A stretch of 32,289 bases of DNA, taken from the IMG/VR virus record IMGVR_UViG_3300045988_100918; one strand, written 5' to 3'. Shown here piece after piece: positions 1-8,583 of this stretch. The position numbers were made by a program, and so were the translations under genes. The stretch comes from a virus. Position 1 is the stretch's first letter. Each line of letters opens with the position of its first letter. The notes beneath the pieces were generated by a model that was not told the origin of the DNA, did no database searches, and worked only from the letters and a program-made list of their open reading frames with translations.

Positions 1-55
1 CACCTACTCAACGCCAGTGCTGCCGAAGCCGCCCGCGCCGCGCTCGGTGTCGCTC
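1..55. repeat. 55-bp terminal direct repeat; bases 1-55 are identical to 32235-32289, giving a circular or terminally redundant contig
   Basis: Exact identity of the window's start and end, read directly. The dut stop codon and the GTG start of ORF 31827..32237 both lie inside the repeated segment. Confidence 0.9.
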
Positions 56-444
56 AGCTCATCGACCGGCACAAGCTCGCACGGCACGTAAGGCATCACG
101 ACAAGCTGGCAGACGCGCGTTCCCGCTTCGAGCGTAACCGTCTCGTAGCTCTGATTGATGAGAGTCGCGCAGACCTCGCCGCGATATCCGCTGTCGATAA
201 CGCCAACGCTGTTCGAAAGCGTGATGCCCTGCTTTGCGGCAAGGCCGCTGCGCGGGAACACCAGCCCCACGCAGCCGCTAGGAATCTCGACGGCAAGACC
301 GCAGCCGACAACGCACTTCTGCATCGGTTCGAGCGTGACAGTCTCGGTGATTCGGAGGTCAAGCCCAGCGTCGCCATCATGGGCATATGTCGACATGTCG
401 ATACCCTCGGCGACCTTCTTAGCCCGCATCTTGCGACCGATCAT
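4..444 (-). CDS. dut: dUTP diphosphatase (trimeric dUTPase)
   Basis: Motifs AGLDLR, RSGLAAKQGI, GVIDSGYRGE and a C-terminal GGFGSTG. ATG at 444 is preceded by an AAGGAGA RBS. The ORF track extends to 498. Confidence 0.88.
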   Translation of the reverse strand: MIGRKMRAKKVAEGIDMSTYAHDGDAGLDLRITETVTLEPMQKCVVGCGLAVEIPSGCVGLVFPRSGLAAKQGITLSNSVGVIDSGYRGEVCATLINQSYETVTLEAGTRVCQLVVMPYVPCELVPVDELSDTERGAGGFGSTGVE

Positions 445-445
445 G

Positions 446-727
446 TTAGTTCTCCTTCCGCGCGTGGCGCTTAACGAGCGTGCAGTTACAAGCGGCAACC
501 CAGAAACCGCCCTTTTTCTTTCCGGGCGTGCGAAGTACGACCTTCTGCTTATGGCTCATCGCCACGACCTGAAGCAGCGTGCCGCGATAGGAAACGAGGT
601 CATCGAGGGCGATAAGCGAACCTGCGGAATCGACGGGCTGAGTGTCGAACAGCTCCACCCATAGCGGCTTGCTCTCATCGGTAGCCGTCGCGCTCGGCTT
701 CGCCTTCCTCTTCAAGAAATCGAACAT
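446..727 (-). CDS. hypothetical protein
   Basis: 93-aa ORF with an AGGAGG RBS upstream of the ATG at 727. Confidence 0.5.
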   Translation of the reverse strand: MFDFLKRKAKPSATATDESKPLWVELFDTQPVDSAGSLIALDDLVSYRGTLLQVVAMSHKQKVVLRTPGKKKGGFWVAACNCTLVKRHARKEN

Positions 728-738
728 CGGTAAACCTC

Positions 739-1194
739 CTAAAACGGTATGTCATCGTCGTAAATGTCGGGCGCTGCCGGTTGCGCTGGTGCAACGGGCG
801 ACGGGTCGCCGGTAGCCATCGCAAGACCGGGCGCGGCTGCGTTAGCCGGTGCTGGCGATTGCGCATCGCGCTTGTACTGCATCAGTTCCACGTCATCAAC
901 GCGCACTTCCCAGCGCTTGATGCTCTGGCCGTCCTTCTGGTAGCTTCGCGTGTGGATGCGCCCGATAAGCGAAATCTTGGTTCCCTTACGAAGCCACGGC
1001 GCGAGCGCTTCGGCGCGCTTACCGAACATGACGCAATCAGGCCAGTTCGTGTATTCGCCCCATGTGCCGTCGCCGTTCGGCGTTCGCTCGTTGACAGCCA
1101 GCGAGAACGAAACGACAGGGTTTCCGCTCTTCGTATAGCGCAGCTCGGCATCTGCGCCGAGATTGCCCGAAAGCGTGATCTTGTTTAGGCTCAC
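739..1194 (-). CDS. ssb: single-stranded DNA-binding protein
   Basis: N-terminus MSLNKITLSGNLGAD with an OB-fold pattern, a Gly/Pro/Ala-rich linker and the acidic C-terminal tail DDDIPF typical of SSB. Confidence 0.85.
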   Translation of the reverse strand: MSLNKITLSGNLGADAELRYTKSGNPVVSFSLAVNERTPNGDGTWGEYTNWPDCVMFGKRAEALAPWLRKGTKISLIGRIHTRSYQKDGQSIKRWEVRVDDVELMQYKRDAQSPAPANAAAPGLAMATGDPSPVAPAQPAAPDIYDDDIPF

Positions 1195-1508
1195 TGCGCA
1201 CCCCCGAACAGCTCGACAAGCGCCGCGCGCTGGTTCGCTCCAAGACCGCGAAGGCGGCGCGATTCGGAAATATGAAGCTTGCGCATGGTCTGCTGCGTGC
1301 GGGCGAAGCCGTAGCCCGGTGCTGCCTTGATGAGCGTAAAGACCTTCATTCGCGCCACGGTGTCATCGGTGCCAGCCATGTTGAGCACGTCGGGCACGCC
1401 GTAAGAGCCGTCGGCAACGCCCTTCAAGATCGCGGCGCGGCGCTGGCGTGCTGCCTTCGCCTTTTCGAGGTTTTCGCGGCGCTGCTCAGTTGTCAGATTC
1501 GGAATCAT
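1191..1508 (-). CDS. mIHF-like actinobacterial integration host factor homolog
   Basis: TEQRRENLEKAKAARQRRA...RMKV..L......G...A.....L.I...RRLRGLG..QR.AL.E.FG resembles Mycobacterium/Streptomyces mIHF. Confidence 0.55.
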   Translation of the reverse strand: MIPNLTTEQRRENLEKAKAARQRRAAILKGVADGSYGVPDVLNMAGTDDTVARMKVFTLIKAAPGYGFARTQQTMRKLHISESRRLRGLGANQRAALVELFGGAQ

Positions 1509-1668
1509 CTTCGTAGCCTTCCTTCTCGTAGGTGATGTACTCGGTTCCGTGCGTCAGAGTGACGGGCGGCGTGTAGTCCTTCAGGGCATCGTCAACGCTC
1601 TGCGTCATGAGCCTGCGTTTGAGCCGTGCCCAGTCATCGTCGTTAAGCTCAATGGTCTTCATCGCACC

Positions 1669-1929
1669 TCATTTCTTCGTGACGCGGTAGGTGCCGGAAA
1701 CCCGAATCGCCTTCAGTGACTTCAAGACGTGCTCCGCGTGCTCCTTGCCAACGATGGTCAGCGTTTGGGCGGGAATCGTGATCTCGTAGACCGTCTGCGC
1801 TTCCTGCTTCTCGCGCTCCCACATCCGCTTTAGGGCGGCTTCGGTCTTAGCCAACGTCGCTTGCATTTCCTTGCTTAGCTTCGGCGCGTCAGGCTTGAAA
1901 TCGAACGTTTGCGGCTCCACTGGCACCAT
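1669..1929 (-). CDS. hypothetical protein
   Basis: 86-aa ORF in the operon. An unlisted roughly 57-aa ORF (1489..1662, minus) lies between it and the mIHF-like gene. Confidence 0.4.
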   Translation of the reverse strand: MVPVEPQTFDFKPDAPKLSKEMQATLAKTEAALKRMWEREKQEAQTVYEITIPAQTLTIVGKEHAEHVLKSLKAIRVSGTYRVTKK

Positions 1930-2073
1930 CCCTTCTCACGATTGCCTGATAATTACTTCTTATCTGGCACGGGCGGTCTAAACCCGTGCCGAAAGCGGCG
2001 GTTTATCTCGCGTTTCGTCCTCGGTCGCCGCGATGCCCGAAAACGGCGTTTTGGTTCACCTTTGGCACACCTC

Positions 2074-3258
2074 CTAACCCGACGCGCGGCGCTTCGCTTC
2101 ACTGAAGAGCTGAGCCGCCGCCGCGTCTCGTCCGGGCATCAGGTGGCCGTAGATTCGAAGCGTCGTTGCTTCGTCCGCGTGCCCCATGCGCTCCGATAGC
2201 GTCTTCAGGTCGCATCCGTTGGCGATGAGCCACGAAGCGTGCGTGTGCCGCAGGCTGTGAAACGTGATCTCTCGCGGCAGTCCGCATGCGTCGCGTATGC
2301 GGCTGAAAGCCCGTGAAATCGTCGTTGGGCGCATGTAAGAGCCGTCTAGCGTCACCAGTGGGCAATCAGCGCCCAAGCGCCCCAGAACGTCGCCCTGAAG
2401 CTTCGTGAAGGCATCAATGACCGCGATATCGTCTTGCGTGAGCGCGATGTTGCGGCACTTGCGGCCTTTGGTCACGTTGCGGCGATAAGGCTTCTTGCCT
2501 TTGCCCTCAATGACGTTGCCGCCGACGTGGACGTAAGACAGGGTGCGCTTAACGTCGATGCGCTGCACCGCGCAGACCTCGCCAACGCGCATTCCGGTAA
2601 CGAGCGACAGCCACGAAGCGAAGGCGTAGACGGCGGCGCGGTAATCGGCTCTCGTCTCGACCTCCTTGCTAAGCGCGCCCTCTAGCTTCCCGTTGAAGCC
2701 CTCGAAGTTCCATTCGGTTAGCGCCGAAGCTTCGTGCCGTTCCGGCGATGGTTTGGCGACGTACACCAGCGGGTTAGCGTCGCAAATGCCAGCGTCTACG
2801 AAGTGGTTATAAGCGCCGCGCAAGAAGTTGTGGACGTTGATAACGCTGTTGCGGCAAAGACCTTGCCCGCCTTCGTCCTTCGCCATGAGCAAGCGTTGCT
2901 CAAAGCGGTTGAAGTCCATAACGCCAAGATCGCGTGCGTTTGCGGTCTTCAGATAACGTGCGACGTAGCGGCAAAACAGCCGATAGCTCTTAATGCTGTT
3001 CGGGCTTGCTCCGTTGCGCTCGCGCAGTTGCACGTAGTCTTCGAGCAAATCGGTCAAGCGGGCGCTTCTAACCGTTCCGTCAGCCGTCACGTAAGCCGCC
3101 CACGTCTCAGCGAGGGCTTGCGCTTCCTCTTCGGTTGCCGCATTCGGAAACCGCTTGTAAGGGCGAATCGCCTTGCCGTCGATGCTGCGACCAAGGTACA
3201 ACCGGCACTCGAAAACGCCATCTGCACCGCGCTTGACCTTAACGCCCATCATGACCAC
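2074..3258 (-). CDS. int: site-specific tyrosine integrase (phage-type, with N-terminal arm-binding-like domain)
   Basis: C-terminal catalytic pattern ...GMRVGEV..., HSLRHTHASWL, LGH...TT..Y (R-H-R-Y family). The N-terminal approximately 60 aa resemble an integrase DNA-binding domain. Confidence 0.9.
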   Translation of the reverse strand: MVMMGVKVKRGADGVFECRLYLGRSIDGKAIRPYKRFPNAATEEEAQALAETWAAYVTADGTVRSARLTDLLEDYVQLRERNGASPNSIKSYRLFCRYVARYLKTANARDLGVMDFNRFEQRLLMAKDEGGQGLCRNSVINVHNFLRGAYNHFVDAGICDANPLVYVAKPSPERHEASALTEWNFEGFNGKLEGALSKEVETRADYRAAVYAFASWLSLVTGMRVGEVCAVQRIDVKRTLSYVHVGGNVIEGKGKKPYRRNVTKGRKCRNIALTQDDIAVIDAFTKLQGDVLGRLGADCPLVTLDGSYMRPTTISRAFSRIRDACGLPREITFHSLRHTHASWLIANGCDLKTLSERMGHADEATTLRIYGHLMPGRDAAAAQLFSEAKRRASG

Positions 3259-3471
3259 TCGCAGTTTTCACGAATCCGCGAAGGGCAGTTATTGTCGTGG
3301 CAGTCCGTGCAATCCAACGGCTCTTTCCTGATGTTGAACTCAACGATTCGGTACTTCAGAGAAAATCGGATGAGCAGCAGCAGGGCATGAGCAAGCGAGT
3401 TGGTAAATTGACCGTCCCAGAACGGGCAAAGTCCGCTCATCGCGCCGCGAACCTCGTACTTGCCGCCCATG

Positions 3472-3669
3472 CTACTTGCCAACCTTCATGAACGCGCGCA
3501 TAACGCAGGTGAGCGCGAACACGACGAACACGGCAAAGGCGATAAGCCCGAAACCAGCGCCGAAGAACACGCCAACCGCGATGCTCACAACGAGCGCCAG
3601 AATGGAAAACAGGACGATTGCGGCGCATCCGTATGCGCCATGCTCGATCTCTCTATCTTCTTTCAGCAT
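3472..3669 (-). CDS. small hydrophobic membrane protein
   Basis: 65 aa with two predicted TM helices (IVLFSILALVVSIAVGVFFGAGFGLIAFAVFVVFAL). Confidence 0.35.
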   Translation of the reverse strand: MLKEDREIEHGAYGCAAIVLFSILALVVSIAVGVFFGAGFGLIAFAVFVVFALTCVMRAFMKVGK

Positions 3670-3822
3670 GTGAAACCTCCTAAAACGTGAGCGCTATAAG
3701 CGCGAGAAACACTAGAAACAGCGCGATTGCCAGAAGCGCTTGATAAGCCCAGTAGCAGACGCACCAGAACGCGGCTACGGTAGCTGCGGTGGCAACGGCG
3801 CAAAGTACGATCTGGTAGCGCT

Positions 3823-4128
3823 TCACTTCTTTCCTTCCGTCTCGGCAATCAGGTAGTCGATGCACTGCTTGCACTTCTGCAAGTCCTGAACGCCGTTCTT
3901 GCGCCGCCAGCGCCAAAGGTATTTGAATGCGCAGCCCCACCAGTAGGCCGATTGTGCGGGCAAGGCGTACTGGTCGCCGCTCATCATCGAGCGCATAGCG
4001 TCCATGCACTCAATCTGGCCGTCGCCCGCGTAGTGGTCGGGATGCTCCACGGCATCACCGCGCGAAAGCTCGCCAAGGCTCTTCGCGTGCTTCGTCTCAA
4101 TCATCGGTAGGTAGCTCCAATCATCCAC
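3823..4128 (-). CDS. DUF3310-like phage protein
   Basis: HPDHY..G.IEC.D......YW.....KYLWR.......DL.K...Y matches the DUF3310 pattern, by recall. Confidence 0.5.
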   Translation of the reverse strand: MDDWSYLPMIETKHAKSLGELSRGDAVEHPDHYAGDGQIECMDAMRSMMSGDQYALPAQSAYWWGCAFKYLWRWRRKNGVQDLQKCKQCIDYLIAETEGKK

Positions 4129-4493
4129 TCACAAACCCACTTGTGAAACGCTCTGAGAAATGGCTGAACGTTCGTGTCATCAGCCCAGCCCGCAATGCCT
4201 ATGAATCCGTCTTCGTTGAACGAGATAGCTTCACGGCCTGAGAAGTAGAAGCCGCTAACGCGCAAAAACGCGCTTTTGATGCCTTTACCGCCATCTGCAA
4301 GGTTGATTTGCGGCTGGTACTTCTTGCGGTAGCACGGGTGCATTTCCATGTGCTCGCCGTTGCGCTCATGCTGCGCGTACTCGATTGCAAGGAATCCTTC
4401 GAGCGCTCGAATGTCGTTCGTCGTGATCTGCTCATAGGAAAGATTTCTTGCGAACAGCTCGCGCGCGCCGTCGCGTGTCGTTGGCGCAATCAT
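4101..4493 (-). CDS. hypothetical protein
   Basis: 130-aa ORF, co-directional and overlapping its neighbours. Confidence 0.4.
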   Translation of the reverse strand: MIAPTTRDGARELFARNLSYEQITTNDIRALEGFLAIEYAQHERNGEHMEMHPCYRKKYQPQINLADGGKGIKSAFLRVSGFYFSGREAISFNEDGFIGIAGWADDTNVQPFLRAFHKWVCEWMIGATYR

Positions 4494-4729
4494 TCCATCA
4501 CCTCACAAAGCGGAGGAACGGAAAGCGCGTCGATTCCCTTTGTAGCGCGACATTTCCAGCATGCGTGATACTTGCGGTACCTAACGACCTTCCTAACGGT
4601 TCCGTCCTTCTTGTAGTCAACAAGCTTCTGCTCTTGCCTGAACCAATCGAGCGGACGGGAAACGCCACAAACCGGGCAAGTCTTTGTCACGATTCGGTTT
4701 TGATTGATAACTGGCACCGCTAACACCAC
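4490..4729 (-). CDS. zinc-ribbon protein (CxxC...CxxC)
   Basis: CPVCG ... CWKC cysteine pairs. Confidence 0.4.
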   Translation of the reverse strand: MVLAVPVINQNRIVTKTCPVCGVSRPLDWFRQEQKLVDYKKDGTVRKVVRYRKYHACWKCRATKGIDALSVPPLCEVME

Positions 4730-4734
4730 CCTTC

Positions 4735-5017
4735 ATGCCATTGTTGAAAACTCTGTTGAAAACCTGTGGAAAGCCGTTTTGCTGGCGCTCGAATGAGCCG
4801 CACAAAACAAGACCGCAAAGAGAAGAAGCAAGAGAAAGAACCTTGCTTGTAAGGTTGACTAACAAGCAAGTACGGTGGGTTTTGGTTTTGGTTCGAGGAA
4901 CCAAAACCCACCTCATCTTGTTTTGTTTTGTTTTGTTTTATGGTTAGGCGACCATTTGCGAGTGGGTTTAGCACACCTAAAACCACTGGTTTTGCCTTGG
5001 GTTTGGCAAACATGCTT
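4735..5017. promoter_or_regulatory. non-coding region with direct repeats, a perfect hairpin and a (TTTTG)n tract; candidate replication origin
   Basis: TGTTGAAAAC occurs twice (4742-4751 and 4755-4764). GGTTTTGGTTC-GAG-GAACCAAAACC is a perfect 11-bp stem (4884-4908). (TTTTG)x4-5 runs from about 4918 to 4940. No credible ORF, and the region sits next to a replication-like gene. Confidence 0.35.
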
Positions 5018-5473
5018 TTACACCTCCTGACCTGCTGAATTGTTGTTCTGTGAGTTCTTGCGCGGTCTTCCGCCCTTGCGCCCGTTGGCACGTTGGCGAC
5101 CGAAATAAAGCGCGTTTTTGAGCATGCGAAAGTTCGTCAAGAAGCCGTCTTCGTCGCGTTCGAGAAGCCCTATATCCAACAGCTCTTCGACAAAGGATTT
5201 GCAATCTTCAATCGCCATGTACTCATCGAACGCGCCAGACTGTCCGAAGCCCAGAACGCCCGCGAGAATAAGCGCGTCTTCCTCCGTCTCGAAAGCGATA
5301 CGGTGCCCCTTGGTAGCCGCCAGATATTCGCAGAGCCGCCACCAGCGCCCGTAGCCGTCATATCCCCGGCGATGAATGAGACGTTGGCACTTCACGTCTT
5401 GCGAAGCGTTGGAATCGTGCGAGAAGAAGGCCATAGGCTCTTGCGCAGCGGTCGTTTCCTCCCGTGTAGGCAT
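5018..5473 (-). CDS. putative phage replication/replisome-organizer protein
   Basis: ATG at 5473 with an AGGGGG RBS. The middle region resembles DnaD/replisome-organizer-like proteins and the C-terminus is basic (GRQRANGRKGGRPRK). Weak. Confidence 0.35.
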   Translation of the reverse strand: MPTREETTAAQEPMAFFSHDSNASQDVKCQRLIHRRGYDGYGRWWRLCEYLAATKGHRIAFETEEDALILAGVLGFGQSGAFDEYMAIEDCKSFVEELLDIGLLERDEDGFLTNFRMLKNALYFGRQRANGRKGGRPRKNSQNNNSAGQEV

Positions 5474-5698
5474 GTAGTCACCCCCTAACCGTCTTCCTCG
5501 TCGCAGATCACGTCTGGCGCGCCCTGCTGGTTCCATCCGTCCCATACGCAGTGCCCAACTTCGCGGCAGTTCGTCCAAACGTCGCGCCCAACGAACGTGC
5601 AGCACGTCTTGCCGCGATGCCGCATGCTTTCGAACTCGCATGCTTCGGGGTCTGGCATGGGCGGTTCGCCGAAATCGAGCGGCAAGGTTTCCTGCGCG

Positions 5699-5977
5699 CT
5701 ATTCCTCTTCATCGCTTGAAATGTCGTAGGCAATCGAGCTGCCAACGTAGGTGAGCAGCTTTTGCATGTGCTTAACGGTGCTCGGCTCGGGCTTCGCGCC
5801 ATCTTCAAGCAGAGTGTCAACCCATGCGAGGGTGCCGCGAACGATTGCGAGCGTGGCGCTCATATCAACGTCGAAGCCCTCGCCGGTCTTGGGATTAATG
5901 AGCGACATGCTGCCGTTGAGGGCGAAGGTGCCAGCGCCGACCTTGGCGATAGTCTCGGTGATCTCTTTACGCTTCAT
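5699..5977 (-). CDS. hypothetical protein
   Basis: ATG at 5977 with an AAGGAGAAG RBS. The ORF track extends to 6127. Confidence 0.4.
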   Translation of the reverse strand: MKRKEITETIAKVGAGTFALNGSMSLINPKTGEGFDVDMSATLAIVRGTLAWVDTLLEDGAKPEPSTVKHMQKLLTYVGSSIAYDISSDEEE

Positions 5978-6386
5978 CTTTCTTCTCCTTGTCAAACATG
6001 GATGTTCTAAGCTCGATGCGAAGCTTCGGGTTGCGTTCGAGCAGCCAGCGAGCGAGCAAAGAGCTATCGCTGTTGTTGATTCCGTAGGTGTGTTCGTTGC
6101 CCTGATCGTCAACGAAGGGCACGCCAACGAGCTTCGTAGTGCCCTCGTAGCGCTGCTTCTCGATGAGGTACTTAGTGGAGACGCGAAGCCCGCGCGCGTC
6201 GATTGCGAGCGCTGTAAGCTCGATTTCGCGCATCGCCTTTGGGTTCTTCTCGCACCACTCCTTGAACAGGTAACGTCTGTCCGCGACCTTTAGCGGCATC
6301 GGGTAGACGCGCTGGCGCTCTTCGCGCATGACGGCTTCGAGCGGTTGCGTGTAGTTATCGGTGTCCATGCGGGCACCTCGCTTCAC
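5967..6386 (-). CDS. hypothetical protein
   Basis: 139-aa ORF in the operon. Confidence 0.4.
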   Translation of the reverse strand: MKRGARMDTDNYTQPLEAVMREERQRVYPMPLKVADRRYLFKEWCEKNPKAMREIELTALAIDARGLRVSTKYLIEKQRYEGTTKLVGVPFVDDQGNEHTYGINNSDSSLLARWLLERNPKLRIELRTSMFDKEKKDEA

Positions 6387-6561
6387 GGCTCATGACGCGG
6401 CGCAAGGCCGCTTCTGCTTCCGCCTTGCTCGCCGATGGTGCGACGGGTAGCATCTGGCGGCGGTAGACCCTGCCGATGCCCCGGTTTTCCGGCGTGCTCG
6501 CGTCTTCCTCTATGCGCGCCATCCAGAAGCCCGCGTTGTCGCGGTAGACTTCGGCCTTCAT
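6355..6561 (-). CDS. hypothetical small protein
   Basis: The ATG at 6561 overlaps the upstream stop codon as ATGA, suggesting translational coupling. This is an internal start of ORF 6355..6843. Confidence 0.35.
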   Translation of the reverse strand: MKAEVYRDNAGFWMARIEEDASTPENRGIGRVYRRQMLPVAPSASKAEAEAALRRVMSREARCPHGHR

Positions 6562-6944
6562 GACCAAATCACGCGCCACAAGACGCGACCAACCACGATG
6601 TAAAGCGGAATGAGAAGCCACCAGCCCGCAAGATCGCACAACCACCCAAGCAGGGCGGCAGCAGCCATAGGGAGGATGCCGGTTAGCGTCAGAGCGGCGA
6701 TTGCATACAATCCCCAGCGCTGGTAGCGCGGCATGCGCGCTATACTGTCTTCTGTCAATTGCGCCCTGCAATTTGACACGCCCGTTCGAAGTTGCCGCTT
6801 CGGGCGGGCATCTTTCTTCGCAGCCATTCGCGCGTTTTCGCAACGGCGCATCTGCACCACTGGCGCTGCGCAGCGCTTAGGCCGCACGGTTCGGGCATTC
6901 GTAATACCACCTCCAAAACCAACGGTTTTCTTATCGGTTTTCAC
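6558..6944 (-). CDS. basic N-terminal / C-terminal transmembrane protein
   Basis: GGAGG RBS before the ATG at 6944. The N-terminus is Arg/Lys-rich and the C-terminus has two predicted TM helices. Confidence 0.45.
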   Translation of the reverse strand: MKTDKKTVGFGGGITNARTVRPKRCAAPVVQMRRCENARMAAKKDARPKRQLRTGVSNCRAQLTEDSIARMPRYQRWGLYAIAALTLTGILPMAAAALLGWLCDLAGWWLLIPLYIVVGRVLWRVIWS

Positions 6945-6961
6945 GTTTCGAAACCTCCGCT

Positions 6962-7168
6962 TTAGTTGCTCGAAAGAGCGACGATGCCCAAAAGCTCATC
7001 GGCGGTACACTCATAGAGCTTGCAAAGCTCTATGAGCATGGGCGCTGTCGGCGAAGTCTTGCCCGTCTCCCAATTGCTAAGCGTCGTGATGGAAACGCCA
7101 AGAAGGGTTGCGGCCTTCTGAGCCGTAAGACCTTTCCGCTCGCGCGCTGCCTTATAGTTCTCGCTCAT
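6962..7168 (-). CDS. XRE-family HTH regulator (Cro-like, leads the leftward early operon)
   Basis: LTAQKAATLLGVSITTLSNWETGKTSP HTH_XRE motif. Divergent from the HTH at 7315. Confidence 0.8.
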   Translation of the reverse strand: MSENYKAARERKGLTAQKAATLLGVSITTLSNWETGKTSPTAPMLIELCKLYECTADELLGIVALSSN

Positions 7169-7314
7169 TGTTCACCTCCAATCATCCGAAAGAGAGATGA
7201 AATAAACCATACGGCTTATTTCGGTGCAAGCAAAAGAGTAAGCCGTTTTGTCTAGCGTGTCAACAATAATTTGTATACAATTAGCCGAGACGGTTACGTT
7301 TGATAGGGGTTGCT
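7169..7314. promoter_or_regulatory. divergent promoter/operator region of a CI/Cro-type switch
   Basis: AT-rich segment in a GC-rich genome. Contains the perfect palindrome TTGTATACAA (7271-7280) between two divergent HTH genes. Confidence 0.5.
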
Positions 7315-7563
7315 ATGGATAGCACCGAGACAAAGAAGCTCATTGGCGCTCGAATTGCCATCGCGCGCAAGGCTAATGGCTTCAACCAAGATCAACTTGC
7401 AGAAGCGGTCGGCGTTCATAAGCAGACGATTTCTAGGTGGGAAAGCGGGAAGCGCGCGCCCAACGGCGAAGAAGTCAGGCTAATTGTTGAGACCCTAAAT
7501 TGCTCTGCTGACTTCATCCTTGGCTTGACGGATACGCTGAAGATTGGTGGCGGAAATGACTAG
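7315..7563 (+). CDS. XRE-family HTH regulator (CI-like repressor candidate)
   Basis: FNQDQLAEAVGVHKQTISRWESGKRAP HTH_XRE motif. ATG at 7315. Confidence 0.8.
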   Translation: MDSTETKKLIGARIAIARKANGFNQDQLAEAVGVHKQTISRWESGKRAPNGEEVRLIVETLNCSADFILGLTDTLKIGGGND

Positions 7564-8491
7564 AAAAGAGAAGTTACAAGCGATTGACCCAAAGAAGGTA
7601 ATCGTTTTTGATACCGAGACAACCGGCTTGAACATCGGCGGTTCTCGCCGCGATGAAATACTGTCGCTCGCTGTCATGAATCTTGACGGTGACGTTCTGT
7701 TTTGCGACCTATTGAAGCCATCGGAGCGCAAAAAGTGGCCTAAAGCGGAAAGCATAAACGGAATATCTCCGTCTATGGTGAAGGACAAGCAGACGATTGT
7801 AGAAAGGCGTTCGGAAATTGAACCGATTTTCAAGAACGCTAAGCTATACGTCGCATACAATGCCGATTTCGACCTAGGATTTCTTCGAGCTTCAGGCTTG
7901 GATATACCAGATCATCAGACGTTTGACGTGATGAAGGAGTTTGCGAAGATACACGGCGCATGGGACGGCACGCATGCTGAATGGTCATGGTGCAAGTTGG
8001 AAGATTGCGCAGCGTTCTACGGATATCGTGACTTTGGGGCGCATGACGCCTTGAACGACGTAAGAGCAACAGCGCATTGCTTCAATTCGATTCTCGATGA
8101 TTTTCTTTTTGGTGAGCCGCGCCGCCGCCCGAAGCGCGTAAAGGATGAGTTCGGCGATTCGTATTTCGAGTATGGCGACGAAGAGTTTAGAAGCATCGTT
8201 TGCAGCGGCTATGCTGCCGCATTGGCCGACACTGACGAACATACTAACAACGCGCCATCGGCTAACGAGGTTCAGCAGCAAGCCAAGGATGAAAAAGACA
8301 GCGTGGATAATCAACCGGACAGAAACCATGCCGTGCCAGATCGGCGGAACACGAATAAAGCATTGGTGTTAATCGGTTCCGTTTGCGTATTGATTGGGCT
8401 TGCAATCACTGTTTTAGGCGCAGCAATCGTTGGTGTCCCGATTGCTATATTGGGCGCTTTGCTTGCCATAGGTTCAAAGGGAAGGAAATAG
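7556..8491 (+). CDS. DEDDh 3'-5' exonuclease (DnaQ-like) with C-terminal transmembrane anchor
   Basis: VFDTETTGL (Exo I), YNADFDLGFL (Exo II), HDALNDVRATAHCF (Exo III, H-x4-D). The C-terminus has two hydrophobic helices (LVLIGSVCVLIGLAITVLGAAIVGVPIAILGALLAIG). Confidence 0.8.
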   Translation: MTRKEKLQAIDPKKVIVFDTETTGLNIGGSRRDEILSLAVMNLDGDVLFCDLLKPSERKKWPKAESINGISPSMVKDKQTIVERRSEIEPIFKNAKLYVAYNADFDLGFLRASGLDIPDHQTFDVMKEFAKIHGAWDGTHAEWSWCKLEDCAAFYGYRDFGAHDALNDVRATAHCFNSILDDFLFGEPRRRPKRVKDEFGDSYFEYGDEEFRSIVCSGYAAALADTDEHTNNAPSANEVQQQAKDEKDSVDNQPDRNHAVPDRRNTNKALVLIGSVCVLIGLAITVLGAAIVGVPIAILGALLAIGSKGRK

Positions 8492-8583
8492 AAAACCCTG
8501 CGCGGCTTCTTGGCGGTCGGCGCGCAGGGCAAGTGCAAAGAACGAAGCGCAATTGCGCGCTCGCTCTAAGGGGTGATTTTAGC

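Noticed and set aside
1930-2073. attP core with tRNA-Ser 3'-end identity downstream of the tyrosine integrase
   Set aside because: A hairpin (GGCACGGG...CCCGTGCC, 1966-1990) is present. No segment matching the tRNA-Ser 3' end (TGGCGGAGCGTGTAGGATTCGAACC) was found by eye, so an att assignment cannot be supported.
4881-4945. (TTTTG)n and TTTTGG repeats as a possible CRISPR array
   Set aside because: The units are 5-6 bp with no spacers of uniform length. This is a simple-sequence AT-rich tract, not CRISPR.
4735-4947. 70-aa plus-strand ORF in the repeat-rich gap
   Set aside because: Its translation is driven by the TTTTG repeats (…LILFCFVLF). It has no RBS and lies against the transcription direction of the whole region.
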